Source: an uncultured Clostridia bacterium (GTDB lineage Bacteria; Bacillota; Clostridia; TANB77; CAG-508). Taken from it: 64,000 bases of DNA. Location: contig CAUWAM010000005.1 of assembly GCA_963556825.1 (NCBI GenBank), positions 2,609 to 66,608 on the forward strand, in the 5' to 3' direction. Position 1 is the first letter of the stretch; every line of letters begins with the position of its first letter. The notes beneath the pieces are model-generated. The model was not told where the DNA came from. It saw only the letters and a list, made by a program, of their open reading frames with translations, and did no database searches. A program made the position numbers and the translations under genes. Shown piece after piece: positions 29,698 to 39,105 of this stretch.

Positions 29698-29753
29698 TTT
29701 AAATATTGATAATTTATAACATATATGCTATATTGAAGAGGGAGGTATAACAT

Positions 29754-30317
29754 ATGAATAAGAAAAATATAATTATAATAGCAATTATATTACTAATTAT
29801 AGTAATTGCTTTAGGAACAATACTTACAAACCAAAAACCAAAAACAAAATTAAATCCAATAGAAAAACAGGAAGACTTATCAACATTAATTAACGAAATA
29901 TATAAAGGAAAAGAAGGAACATTGCCTAGATTAAACACACAATTTATAGACCCAACAGATACTGATAGTGTAAAAAATTCAACTGGACTAGAAAACGGAA
30001 ATGATTTACAATATATTGCTGTATCTGAACCAATGATGAGTTCACAAGCATATTCACTTGTACTGGCAAAAGTAAAAGATGGAGTTAATGCAAATAGTAT
30101 TGCAAAAGACATGTCAGAAAAAATAGACACAAGAAAATGGATATGCGTTTCAGCAGAAAAGCTTTATGCAACAAGTAGTGGAGATGTAGTATGTTTAGTA
30201 ATGTCTAGTGAAGAATGGGCAAAACCTGTTTATGAAGGATTTAAAACATTAGCAGGAACAGTTCAAGAAGAATATACAAAAACAGAAGAACTTCCAGAAC
30301 TACCAGAAGAATTATAG
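29754..30317 (+). CDS. DUF4358-like lipoprotein/secreted protein
   Basis: 187 aa with an N-terminal TM/signal sequence. It sits in front of MBOAT+DHHW genes, as commonly seen in Clostridia. Family assignment is from memory. Confidence 0.5.
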   Translation: MNKKNIIIIAIILLIIVIALGTILTNQKPKTKLNPIEKQEDLSTLINEIYKGKEGTLPRLNTQFIDPTDTDSVKNSTGLENGNDLQYIAVSEPMMSSQAYSLVLAKVKDGVNANSIAKDMSEKIDTRKWICVSAEKLYATSSGDVVCLVMSSEEWAKPVYEGFKTLAGTVQEEYTKTEELPELPEEL

Positions 30318-30324
30318 TAAAGAA

Positions 30325-30364
30325 ACAGGACATGATTAAATTTTACATGTCCTGTCTTTATTTT
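30325..30364 (+). terminator. hairpin + T-run after the DUF4358 gene (possible attenuator before MBOAT)
   Basis: Perfect 10-bp stem acaggacatg/catgtcctgt followed by ctttatttt. Confidence 0.55.
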
Positions 30365-30382
30365 AAGATATAAGGGGGATTT

Positions 30383-31774
30383 ATGGTATTTTCGAGCGTA
30401 ACATTTTTGTTTTATTTCTTACCAATTGTTTTGATAACATATTATTTAGTACCAAATAAGTATAAAAACACAGTTTTATTAATTTCATCTTTTGTATTTT
30501 ATTTTTATGGAGAACCAAAAAAAATATATATAATGATATTTTCTATAATTTTTACATATTTTTTTGGAGTGTTAATTGATAAATACAAAGGAACAAAGTA
30601 TGCTAAAATATTTTTAATATCAGATATTTGTATAAGTATAGGATTGTTAATTTACTTTAAATATACAGATTTTATAATTAAGAATATAAATTTATGGTTA
30701 ACGAACAAACTAGATTTAATACATGTAATATTGCCAATAGGAATTTCTTTTTATACTTTCCAAATGATAAGTTACATAGTTGATGTATATAGAGGCGAAG
30801 CAAAGGTACAAAAAAATATTTTTAAATTAGCTACATATGTATCACTATTTCCACAATTAATTGCAGGTCCAATTGTTAGATATACAACAATAGAAAATCA
30901 ATTAGACAATAGACAATATAACATGAAAAATTTTGCAATAGGTGTAAGAAGATTTATAATAGGTCTAGGCAAAAAAGTTATGATTGCAAATATAATAGGA
31001 AATTTAATTAGCATTTTTTCAGCAAGTGGTGAAAAAAGTGTGCTATTTTATTGGCTATATGCAATATCTGTAATGCTACAAATATATTTTGATTTCTCAG
31101 GATACTCAGATATGGCAATAGGACTAGGAAAAATGTTTGGATTTGAATTTTTAGAAAATTTTAACTATCCATATATAGCAACAAGCATAACAGACTTTTG
31201 GAGAAGATGGCATATTTCCTTAAGTACATGGTTTAGAGACTATGTATATATTCCATTAGGAGGAAACAGAGTAAACAAATTGAAATGGCTTCGTAACATA
31301 ATAATTGTTTGGCTACTAACCGGTTTATGGCATGGAGCAGAATGGAATTTTGTTATATGGGGATTATATTTTGGAATATTGCTAATTATAGAAAAAATAA
31401 TTTTACTAAAATGCTTAAAAAATACACCTAAGATTATTAACAGAATATATACACTATTTATTGTAATGATTAGTTTTATAATCTTTAATGGAGATGGAAT
31501 ATCTACAATACTAGAAAATATAGGAGGATTATTTGGGATTGCAAATATACCACTAATAACAAATGAAAGCATATATTACCTAAAAAGCTATGCAATCGTA
31601 ATTATAGTAGGAATTATAGGAGCAACACCAATATGCAAAAAAATAGCAAATAAAGAAAGATTAAAGAAAATAATAAATATAATTGAACCAATATGTTTAC
31701 TATTAATACTTGTTATAAGTACAAGCTATATTGTAGATGGGTCATTTAATCCATTTTTATATTTCAGATTTTAA
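30383..31774 (+). CDS. MBOAT-family membrane O-acyltransferase (AlgI/DltB/PatA-like)
   Basis: 463 aa and polytopic. Contains FWRRWHISLSTWFRDYVYIPLGGNR and GLWHGAEWNFVIWG with the conserved His. Confidence 0.9.
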   Translation: MVFSSVTFLFYFLPIVLITYYLVPNKYKNTVLLISSFVFYFYGEPKKIYIMIFSIIFTYFFGVLIDKYKGTKYAKIFLISDICISIGLLIYFKYTDFIIKNINLWLTNKLDLIHVILPIGISFYTFQMISYIVDVYRGEAKVQKNIFKLATYVSLFPQLIAGPIVRYTTIENQLDNRQYNMKNFAIGVRRFIIGLGKKVMIANIIGNLISIFSASGEKSVLFYWLYAISVMLQIYFDFSGYSDMAIGLGKMFGFEFLENFNYPYIATSITDFWRRWHISLSTWFRDYVYIPLGGNRVNKLKWLRNIIIVWLLTGLWHGAEWNFVIWGLYFGILLIIEKIILLKCLKNTPKIINRIYTLFIVMISFIIFNGDGISTILENIGGLFGIANIPLITNESIYYLKSYAIVIIVGIIGATPICKKIANKERLKKIINIIEPICLLLILVISTSYIVDGSFNPFLYFRF

Positions 31775-31785
31775 GAGGTGAAATA

Positions 31786-32878
31786 ATGCAAGAAAACAAG
31801 AAAAATATATTAATTTCTATAGGATTTATCTTAATTTTAACAATAGTTTTTGTTACAAATATTTTAAGCAAAGATAAAGAAATATCAATTGCAGAAAGAA
31901 GAAAGTTAGTACAATTTCCAGAAATTACAACAAAAAGAATATTAAATGGAACAGTATCAAAAGAATTTGAAGAATATGCAATGGATCAATTGATAGGTAG
32001 AGACATGTTAAGAAGTATAAAAGCATTGTTTAATTTTGGAATATATAGACAAAAAGATAACAATAAGCTCTTTATAGAAAATGATAGTATTTATAAAATT
32101 GAATATCCATTAAAAGAAGAATTGATAGAAAAAACTGCAAAACAAATTAACCAAATAAAAGAAGAGTATTTAAAAGGAATGAATGTATATTATTCTATTA
32201 TTCCAGACAAAAACTATTTTTTAGACAATAGTAATTTAAAAATAGATTATGAAAAACTACAAAACATAATAAAACAAAATTTGAAAGATATTAAATACAT
32301 AAATTTATTCCCTGAATTAAGTAGTCAAGATTATTATAGAACAGATATACATTGGAAACAAGAAAATCTTAGAAAAGTTGTAAGTGAAATAGAAAAAGAA
32401 ATGAACTTAAAAGATACATCAAAAATAGAGTATGAAGAAAAAGAATTAGATGATTTTTATGGTGTGTATTATGGTCAAATAGGAGTAAAAGTAGAGCCAG
32501 ATAAAATAAAATATTTAACAAATGAAACCATAGAAAAGTGTATCACATATAACTTTGAGACGAAACAAGAACGGAAAGGTTTATGATTTAGAAAAATATA
32601 AAACATCAACGGATAAGTACAATTTATATTTGTCTGGACCAACAGCTATAATAACTATTAATAATCCAAATTTATCTACAAAAAAAGAATTGATATTATT
32701 TAGAGATTCGTTTGGTAGTAGTATAGCTCCATTATTAATAGAGAATTATAGTAAAATAACTTTGATAGATTTTAGATATATTAATAAAGAATTACTAAAA
32801 AAATATATAAAATTTGAAAATCAAGATGTATTATTTTTATATAGTGTTCCGGTTTTAAATAGTGGAATATTAAGATAA
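31786..32878 (+). pseudogene. DHHW-family (AlgJ/AlgX/PatB-like) extracytoplasmic acyltransferase partner, split by a 1-nt frameshift at 32572-32574
   Basis: The N-terminal ORF has a signal anchor and YYRTDIHW. The C-terminal ORF (frame +1) has FRDSFGSS. Removing the C of GAA-C-GGA gives a continuous NFETKQEGKVYDLEKY. Confidence 0.8.
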
Positions 32879-32982
32879 ATTAAAACAAAGAATTTTAAAA
32901 ATAAACAATGGATTATAAGACGTAGAATATAAATAATTAATAAAAAAGTTGCTTGATAAAATTAGCAAACAACTGATATAAC

Positions 32983-33058
32983 TGGTTGCGGGGGGAGGAC
33001 TCGAACCTCCGACCTTCGGGTTATGAGCCCGACGAGCTGCCAACTGCTCCACCCCGCG
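32983..33058 (-). tRNA. initiator tRNA-fMet (CAT)
   Basis: Cloverleaf folded by hand: C1:A72 mismatch, anticodon loop CTCATAA, GGG/CCC in the anticodon stem, TTCGAGT T-loop, encoded CCA. Confidence 0.85.
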
Positions 33059-33299
33059 ATGTATCGACATTTTTTATTATACATCTTATACATGGTTTTT
33101 GTCAATAGTTTTAGAGAATTTAACAAAAAATATCTGTTAGAAAAAATTTCTCTTATATAATATATGCTAAATTCTCTAAAATATTACTATTTTTAATATC
33201 CTATACAGATTACATATCTAAATGGAAAATAGTTAATATTGATATTTAAAAATAAATATAGTAAAATATATACATAAAACACAAGAAGGTGAGATAATA

Positions 33300-34409
33300 A
33301 TGAGATATACAAAAGACTTTGGTATTTTAGGCTTACCAGAAGATTTTAAATTTGGAATAGAATTAGAAGCTTATAATGTAAAAACAAAAGGAAATAATAG
33401 TTTATATACAGGAGAAAGTGCCAAATATATAAAAAGTAAAAATTGGCACATGGCAACCAAAAGTGAAGAATCACTTGTTGGTGAAGGTGGAGCAGAGTTG
33501 GTATCGCCCATATTAAAAGATACAGAACAAGATTGGAAAGATATTTCTGCTATGTGTGAGCAAATAAAGAAATTTCCTGGAAACAAAGGAGATAAAGTTG
33601 TTGCAGATAGTAAATGTGGGTTACATATACATTTTGATGCAGAATGTATAGCTAAAGATCCAAATAAGATGAGAAACTTTTTGCGATTATATGCTGAATC
33701 AGAAGAACTATTATACAAAATGTGTAATGATAAAGATAATCCAATTAGAGAAGGTGCTATAAATAAAGATTTTAAGGGAATACATATTATTTCTTCAATG
33801 TGGAGAAATGGAATGGCAGCACCTACTGGAAAGCATATATTAAAACATATACAAGATCGCACATTAAAAGTATCATACAAGAAATTTGGAAAATTGAGAA
33901 TGCTTGCAAGCAAATATAAATTAGATGAAAGACGTTATGCAGGACTAAATTTAACCAATATTGGAAATAGCAAAAAAAATACTATTGAATTTCGAATGGC
34001 AAATGGAACATTAGATCCTGAAGTTATAAAACAAAATGTATTTTTATATTCTTCATTAATGAATACTGCAATTAAAATGACTGATAATCCTGAACTATAT
34101 CAAGATAGATTATCAGAGTTTTATAAAACAGATGTAAGTGAAAAGGAAAAAGCTGAAAATTTCTTAAACCTTATTATAGAAAATTCTGAAGATAGACAAA
34201 TTTATATGGATAGGTGGGAATCTGTAAAAAAAGCAAAGGTGTTTCAAAAAAATGATAGAAAAAGTTTCGCACAGAATAGATTTAAAAGAGAACAATTTAA
34301 GCAAATAACAATGAGGACACCAGCAAATTTAGTACGTTCAACATATTCCCAAATTAAAGAAATGATGATTAGGGAAAATGATAAAGGAGAAATGGCTTAT
34401 GATAGATGA
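33300..34409 (+). CDS. amidoligase-family protein (glutamine-synthetase-like COOH-NH2 ligase fold, Amidoligase_2 type)
   Basis: FGIELEAYN, GGAELVSPIL, CGLHIHFD, YAGLNLTNIG...NTIEFRMANGTLDPEVIKQNV match the family motifs as I remember them. Confidence 0.65.
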   Translation: MRYTKDFGILGLPEDFKFGIELEAYNVKTKGNNSLYTGESAKYIKSKNWHMATKSEESLVGEGGAELVSPILKDTEQDWKDISAMCEQIKKFPGNKGDKVVADSKCGLHIHFDAECIAKDPNKMRNFLRLYAESEELLYKMCNDKDNPIREGAINKDFKGIHIISSMWRNGMAAPTGKHILKHIQDRTLKVSYKKFGKLRMLASKYKLDERRYAGLNLTNIGNSKKNTIEFRMANGTLDPEVIKQNVFLYSSLMNTAIKMTDNPELYQDRLSEFYKTDVSEKEKAENFLNLIIENSEDRQIYMDRWESVKKAKVFQKNDRKSFAQNRFKREQFKQITMRTPANLVRSTYSQIKEMMIRENDKGEMAYDR

Positions 34410-34848
34410 AATATACAGAAATTCTTTTAAAGAGGTTTATGATATATTAGAAAACACAGAAGAAGAATTAATAACAAAAATTCCAACTAAATTTATGAAT
34501 TTCTTAAAAAAGAATATGAATGTAAATTATAAAACTAATATAAATCCAGATGAAGAAATAGATAAGCAATATTTATTGAAAGAAACAGAAGCAATTTTAT
34601 CTTTAATTTACAGAAGTTACTGGGCAACAGATGAAGAAAAACAAGAAATTTCTAGAAAAGACCAACAAGAATATATTAAGAAGGAAGAAAAGAAGAAAGA
34701 ACAATATGAAGGGAAAGATATTTACCAGATATTTGAAGAAAGAAAAAATTTAAATCAAATTACTCTAGATAATAATTTGATGGTAATAAGAAAAGAAAAT
34801 TTCATAAAAAGAATTTTTAATAAAATATTAAATATTTTTAAAAGATAA
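34399..34848 (+). CDS. hypothetical Lys/Glu-rich protein, translationally coupled to the amidoligase gene
   Basis: ATG 34399 is preceded by aaggag and overlaps the upstream stop by 11 nt. No family recognised. Confidence 0.5.
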   Translation: MIDEIYRNSFKEVYDILENTEEELITKIPTKFMNFLKKNMNVNYKTNINPDEEIDKQYLLKETEAILSLIYRSYWATDEEKQEISRKDQQEYIKKEEKKKEQYEGKDIYQIFEERKNLNQITLDNNLMVIRKENFIKRIFNKILNIFKR

Positions 34849-34880
34849 AAGGTCGTAGAATAATCTATGACCTTTTAAAA
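34847..34880. terminator. bidirectional terminator
   Basis: 12-bp perfect stem aaaaggtcgtag/ctatgacctttt. Confidence 0.6.
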
Positions 34881-34883
34881 TTA

Positions 34884-35948
34884 TTAAAAATCCTTAAAAT
34901 TATATTTCCTAGAGAAATCCTTAGTCTCAGTATTATTCATAAAAACAGAAGAAGTATTTTTTCTTAAGAATTCTATTATATTATAAACATCAATCCAAAT
35001 TTCGTTTTTTCCATCTACTTGTGATTCATCAAAAATTAATTGCATTCCAAAATGAAGATGGGGAATATTTATATTATTTACATTCTCTTTTGTACTATAG
35101 CCAGTCATTCCTAAATAACCTATAACATCTCCTGCAGTTACTTTAGACCCCTCACATAATCCAGAAGCAAAAGGATGATTTTTTCTTAAATGGGCATAGT
35201 AATAATATCTTTTTCCATCTAGACTTCGTATACCAACACGCCAGCCACCATATTGATTCCAACCTAGATGTTCAACAGTACCAGATTCAACAGCTATAAT
35301 AGGAGTACCAATATTACCCATTAGATCATTTCCTAAATGAGTTCTTTTAAAACCATAAGATCTAGAAGCACCAAAATCATCATAATGGCTAAAACTATAA
35401 TTTTTAGCAATAGGTAAAAAAGCTTTGATACCATATTTATTTTCAAAATGAGTTGTTCCATTTTCATCAGGAATCTCAATAGAATAGTTGCCAATAAAAC
35501 CATTTAAAACAGCAGAATAACTTTCGTAATAGTAAGGGTAATATTTCATATTTTTTGTTAAATCAGCCATAGTAGAACCACTATCTAATTGATTTATTAA
35601 TTTAGTTAAATCGTTTTGATTAAATTTTTTGAAATTACCACCATTTTTACAAGCTAAATAAGCTAATAATTCAATCCAATTATATTTTATAGTAGAATCT
35701 GAATTATGAGATTTAATATCTAATTTGGATGTTTTATCCAAAGCTTCGTATGTTATTTTAAAATCAACCCATTTTATAAAATCTTTATTTTCTGAAATTT
35801 CATTTTTTGTATCATTCCAAAAAATATAAGTATTCTGACTTACAGATTTTGAATTAAAAAAATAATAACTTATAGAAGTAAGAGCAATAATTAAAATCAA
35901 TGTGATAGAAGTGAGTTTTATATTTAATTTATAAGATTTAATAATCAT
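34884..35948 (-). CDS. M23-family (LytM-type) metallopeptidase with N-terminal membrane anchor
   Basis: HLGNDLMGNIGTPIIAVESGTV, GDVIGYLGMTGYS and PHLHFGM motifs. Confidence 0.85.
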   Translation of the reverse strand: MIIKSYKLNIKLTSITLILIIALTSISYYFFNSKSVSQNTYIFWNDTKNEISENKDFIKWVDFKITYEALDKTSKLDIKSHNSDSTIKYNWIELLAYLACKNGGNFKKFNQNDLTKLINQLDSGSTMADLTKNMKYYPYYYESYSAVLNGFIGNYSIEIPDENGTTHFENKYGIKAFLPIAKNYSFSHYDDFGASRSYGFKRTHLGNDLMGNIGTPIIAVESGTVEHLGWNQYGGWRVGIRSLDGKRYYYYAHLRKNHPFASGLCEGSKVTAGDVIGYLGMTGYSTKENVNNINIPHLHFGMQLIFDESQVDGKNEIWIDVYNIIEFLRKNTSSVFMNNTETKDFSRKYNFKDF

Positions 35949-36050
35949 CTAAGACACCCCATAAAAGTATATTAAATAAAAAAATTTTTATGATTTTAAT
36001 TGAATGATTTGCAGAAATATAATATACTTTTATTAGAAAGAAGGGATTTT

Positions 36051-36512
36051 ATGAATACATATATGGAAAAAGCAAAACAAAATGCTGATAAAGGAATAAA
36101 AAATAAAGAAGGTGGACCCTTTGGAGCTGTTATTGTTGATAAAAACGGAAATATTATATCAAATGGTAATAATAAAGTAATAATGAATAATGATCCAACT
36201 GCCCATGCTGAAGTTGTAGCAATAAGAGATGCTTGTAAAAAGTTAAATACTTATGATTTATCAGATTATATTTTATATACTTCTTGTGAACCTTGTCCAA
36301 TGTGTTTGTCTGCAATTATTTGGGCAAATATTAAAGAAGTTTATTACGGTTGTTCTAAAGAAGATGCAGGAAATATTGGATTTAGAGATGATATTATTTA
36401 TGATTATTTAAAAGGTAGTAATAAAGATTTAATATGTTTAAAACAATTAGATAGAGATGAATGTTTGAAAACTTTTGAAAAATATAATAAAGATAATGGA
36501 ATTATATATTAA
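36051..36512 (+). CDS. CDA-fold nucleoside/guanine deaminase (GuaD-like)
   Basis: GGPFGAVIV, DPTAHAEVVAIRDA, YTSCEPCPMCLSAIIWA and GFRDDIIYDYL resemble Bacillus GuaD. The start is set at the ATG after gaaagaaggga. Confidence 0.75.
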   Translation: MNTYMEKAKQNADKGIKNKEGGPFGAVIVDKNGNIISNGNNKVIMNNDPTAHAEVVAIRDACKKLNTYDLSDYILYTSCEPCPMCLSAIIWANIKEVYYGCSKEDAGNIGFRDDIIYDYLKGSNKDLICLKQLDRDECLKTFEKYNKDNGIIY

Positions 36513-36527
36513 GAAGGAGTTGAATTA

Positions 36528-39032
36528 ATGGAAAAATATAAAATTGCAAGTAAATTTTATTTAGATAAAGAAAAAGATATAGTGGTTAATTTATTAGAAG
36601 AAAAAGAAGATGAATTAACATATATCTTAGAAACACCAAACCACGGTACAGGAAATTTAATTACAAATTTAGCAGAAATCTGCGGAATGAAAACAATAAA
36701 AAATGAGAAAGACATGAAAATCATAAAAGGTGTAATTCCAGCAAGTATAAATGGTGATAATGAAGAAGTTTATATTTTTAGGATGGGAGGAATAAAAGTT
36801 GCTAATATCTATAGAGATGGAAGAGTAGCCATAAAGGCAACAATACCAGCAATAAGTAAGACATTAATGTCACAAACAAAAAACTATAATTTTAGTATAA
36901 ATAAAACATTAGTTAAATCTTATATATTGAAAAAAACAAAATTTAGAACGGATTTGCATACACACATGAATGCAAATCTACCATCTGATTGTTTAATTGC
37001 GTTAGGATTAAAGCATCAAGTTAGATATCCATTATATTATATAAAAAAATTAGGATTAACATTGAATAAAAAACAAGAAGAAATAATTTACCAGCAAAGA
37101 GAAGCGGTTGAAAAATTATTTGTTGATTCTGATTTAAAAGGAAAATATCTAACAAGAAAAATAGATGATAATACATTTATAAATTTTGCTGATTTAATAT
37201 TAAATAATTTAGAAAATGCAAAAGAAAATATAAAGAAAATTAGTAAAAGTTTAGAAATTCTAAAAGATGGACAAGCAGTTTTTACAAATTTAGAAAAATT
37301 ATATATTTATAGATATGTTTTTTCAAAAGGAATAGAAAGCGAAAATAAAATAGAATTAGATATAAATAAAATAAGGCAAATACCAGAAAGAGATATAAAA
37401 AAATTTTTAATAAGAATGTTAAAAGATACAGAAGAAACTAGCCCATATTATAACAATAATTTAAGACAAGACAAACTTTTATGGATTGCAAGAGAATATC
37501 AAAAACAAGGAATTTATTATGTTGAAATAGCAGATACAGTTTTAACTAAAAAAGGAATACCAGCAATAGAATTACTAGAAGAGTTAGAACAGATAATGCC
37601 TCAAATTGAAAAAGAAACAGGAGTGAAAATTAGATTTTTAGTAGCTATTAGAAGAATTCCATTAACAATTATAAAAGATAACAAAATTAGTAAAGATTAT
37701 CTAAGAGAAAATTTAAATGTTTTAAAAGCTGTATCTAAAAGCCCATATGTAGTTGGAAGTGATTTTATTGGAGAGGAAATTAATGATATATCAGAATTAA
37801 GCCCAGCAATAAAAGAAATTGTACAATATGTAGCAAAAGAAGATAATGGATATACAATAAGAATTCATGCTGGAGAAAATGATAGCTTAAGAGATAATGT
37901 TAAAAAATCAATTCAATGTATTAAAGATGGATTAGAGCCAGGGCAAAAGATGCCAAGGTTTAGATTGGGTCATGGGTTATATACTGAAGATTTAGATACA
38001 AAAGAGGGGAAAAAGTTAATAAAAGAAATGAAAGAAACTGGAGCAGTACTAGAATTTCAATTAACTTCAAATGTCAGACTAAATAATTTGAGTTTACTTG
38101 AAAAACATCCATTAAAAAAATATTTGGAAAATGGTATAAAATGTGTACAAGGAACAGATGGATTTGGATTTTATGGAACAGATACGATAGATGAACAATT
38201 AGCTTTACAAAATTTATTGGAGTTAACAGATGAAGATTTTATAAAAATGAGAAAAGTAGAAGATGAAATTATAGAGCATCAGAATAAATACTTTGAAGAA
38301 AAGAATAAAAAGTTTCAGAAATTTTTAAATGGAAGGACAATTAGGGAAGCAATTTTAGAATTAGAAGAAGAAATTGAAGAAAAAAGTAAATTAAATACAA
38401 TACAACTTAGATTAAATAATAATATATTATCAGAAATTGCTTTAAAAGACAAAATAAAAACATTACCAAAAGAAAAAATGCCAATAATTATAGCAGGTGG
38501 TAGTTTTAATGCAAAAAATAGAAATACAATTGTAGATGAAAAAGGAAAAGAAATTTTAAAAATATTAATGGAAAATATTGATTCGGAAAAAGCATATTTT
38601 GTAATTGGACATCAAGTTAAAGGATATGAAAAAGTAATTATTGAACTTGAGGAAGAATTAAATAAAAAATTCGAAATTTATGCAATTATTCCTAAAACAA
38701 TTTCAGAAGTGGTAAAAGAACGATTACTAGATGAGAGGATTAATGGAGTTTGTATTTCTACAGAGAGTGATGAGTTTGGTATATATAAAAGTTTTAATTA
38801 TGAAATTTTTGAAAGAAGGAGTTCTATTGTTATTGCTTTTGATGGAAATTCGCCGGTTTCTAATTTGGTGCAAGAGGCTAAGAATGGTAAGGGGAAAGCT
38901 AAGATATATGTTAATGAGGAAAATGAGAGTTTGAAGGAAAAAGCTAGATTGTTAGAAGGTTATGTTGTTTCTTTTAATCTGAATAATGGTGTAGAGAAGA
39001 GGATTTTAGAGGATAATCCAGAAATTAGATAA
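36528..39032 (+). CDS. 834-aa multidomain protein: unknown N-domain, adenosine/AMP-deaminase-fold metallohydrolase, coiled coil, C-terminal Rossmann-like (LOG/SLOG-like) module
   Basis: Deaminase-fold motifs DLHTHMN (HxH), SDFIGEE, RIHAGEN, RLGHGLY, LTSNV, QGTDG. The C-terminal MPIIIAGGSF...YFVIGHQVKGYE...VIAFDGNSPVSNLVQEA looks like a nucleotide-binding Rossmann module. Confidence 0.65.
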   Translation: MEKYKIASKFYLDKEKDIVVNLLEEKEDELTYILETPNHGTGNLITNLAEICGMKTIKNEKDMKIIKGVIPASINGDNEEVYIFRMGGIKVANIYRDGRVAIKATIPAISKTLMSQTKNYNFSINKTLVKSYILKKTKFRTDLHTHMNANLPSDCLIALGLKHQVRYPLYYIKKLGLTLNKKQEEIIYQQREAVEKLFVDSDLKGKYLTRKIDDNTFINFADLILNNLENAKENIKKISKSLEILKDGQAVFTNLEKLYIYRYVFSKGIESENKIELDINKIRQIPERDIKKFLIRMLKDTEETSPYYNNNLRQDKLLWIAREYQKQGIYYVEIADTVLTKKGIPAIELLEELEQIMPQIEKETGVKIRFLVAIRRIPLTIIKDNKISKDYLRENLNVLKAVSKSPYVVGSDFIGEEINDISELSPAIKEIVQYVAKEDNGYTIRIHAGENDSLRDNVKKSIQCIKDGLEPGQKMPRFRLGHGLYTEDLDTKEGKKLIKEMKETGAVLEFQLTSNVRLNNLSLLEKHPLKKYLENGIKCVQGTDGFGFYGTDTIDEQLALQNLLELTDEDFIKMRKVEDEIIEHQNKYFEEKNKKFQKFLNGRTIREAILELEEEIEEKSKLNTIQLRLNNNILSEIALKDKIKTLPKEKMPIIIAGGSFNAKNRNTIVDEKGKEILKILMENIDSEKAYFVIGHQVKGYEKVIIELEEELNKKFEIYAIIPKTISEVVKERLLDERINGVCISTESDEFGIYKSFNYEIFERRSSIVIAFDGNSPVSNLVQEAKNGKGKAKIYVNEENESLKEKARLLEGYVVSFNLNNGVEKRILEDNPEIR

Positions 39033-39071
39033 AAAAATTACCGCCCAGTATAAATGAACGATAATTTTTGA

Positions 39072-39105
39072 AATAGAGAAAGTATGTACTTTCTCTATTT
39101 GTTTT
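39072..39105. terminator. bidirectional terminator
   Basis: 13-bp perfect stem aatagagaaagta/tactttctctatt, then tgtttt. Confidence 0.6.

Noticed and set aside
29714-30130. 138-aa minus-strand ORF overlapping the DUF4358 gene.
   Set aside because: The plus-strand gene has an RBS (gagggagg), a signal anchor and operon context. The minus-strand ORF has none of these.
32870-33070. 66-aa ORF translating through the tRNA-fMet gene.
   Set aside because: The GC-rich part of the translation (GVEQLAARRAHNPKVGGSSPPPAT) is simply the tRNA read as protein.
35949-36050. Looked for a purine riboswitch upstream of the guanine-deaminase-like gene.
   Set aside because: No three-way-junction consensus is present (no tataat..ggatatggc..ctaccggg-type elements). 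The leader is short and AT-rich.
36528-39032. RADAR (RdrA/RdrB) defence system.
   Set aside because: Only a deaminase-fold protein is present. No large ATPase (RdrA-like) gene is adjacent, and the upstream neighbour is a small CDA-fold deaminase.
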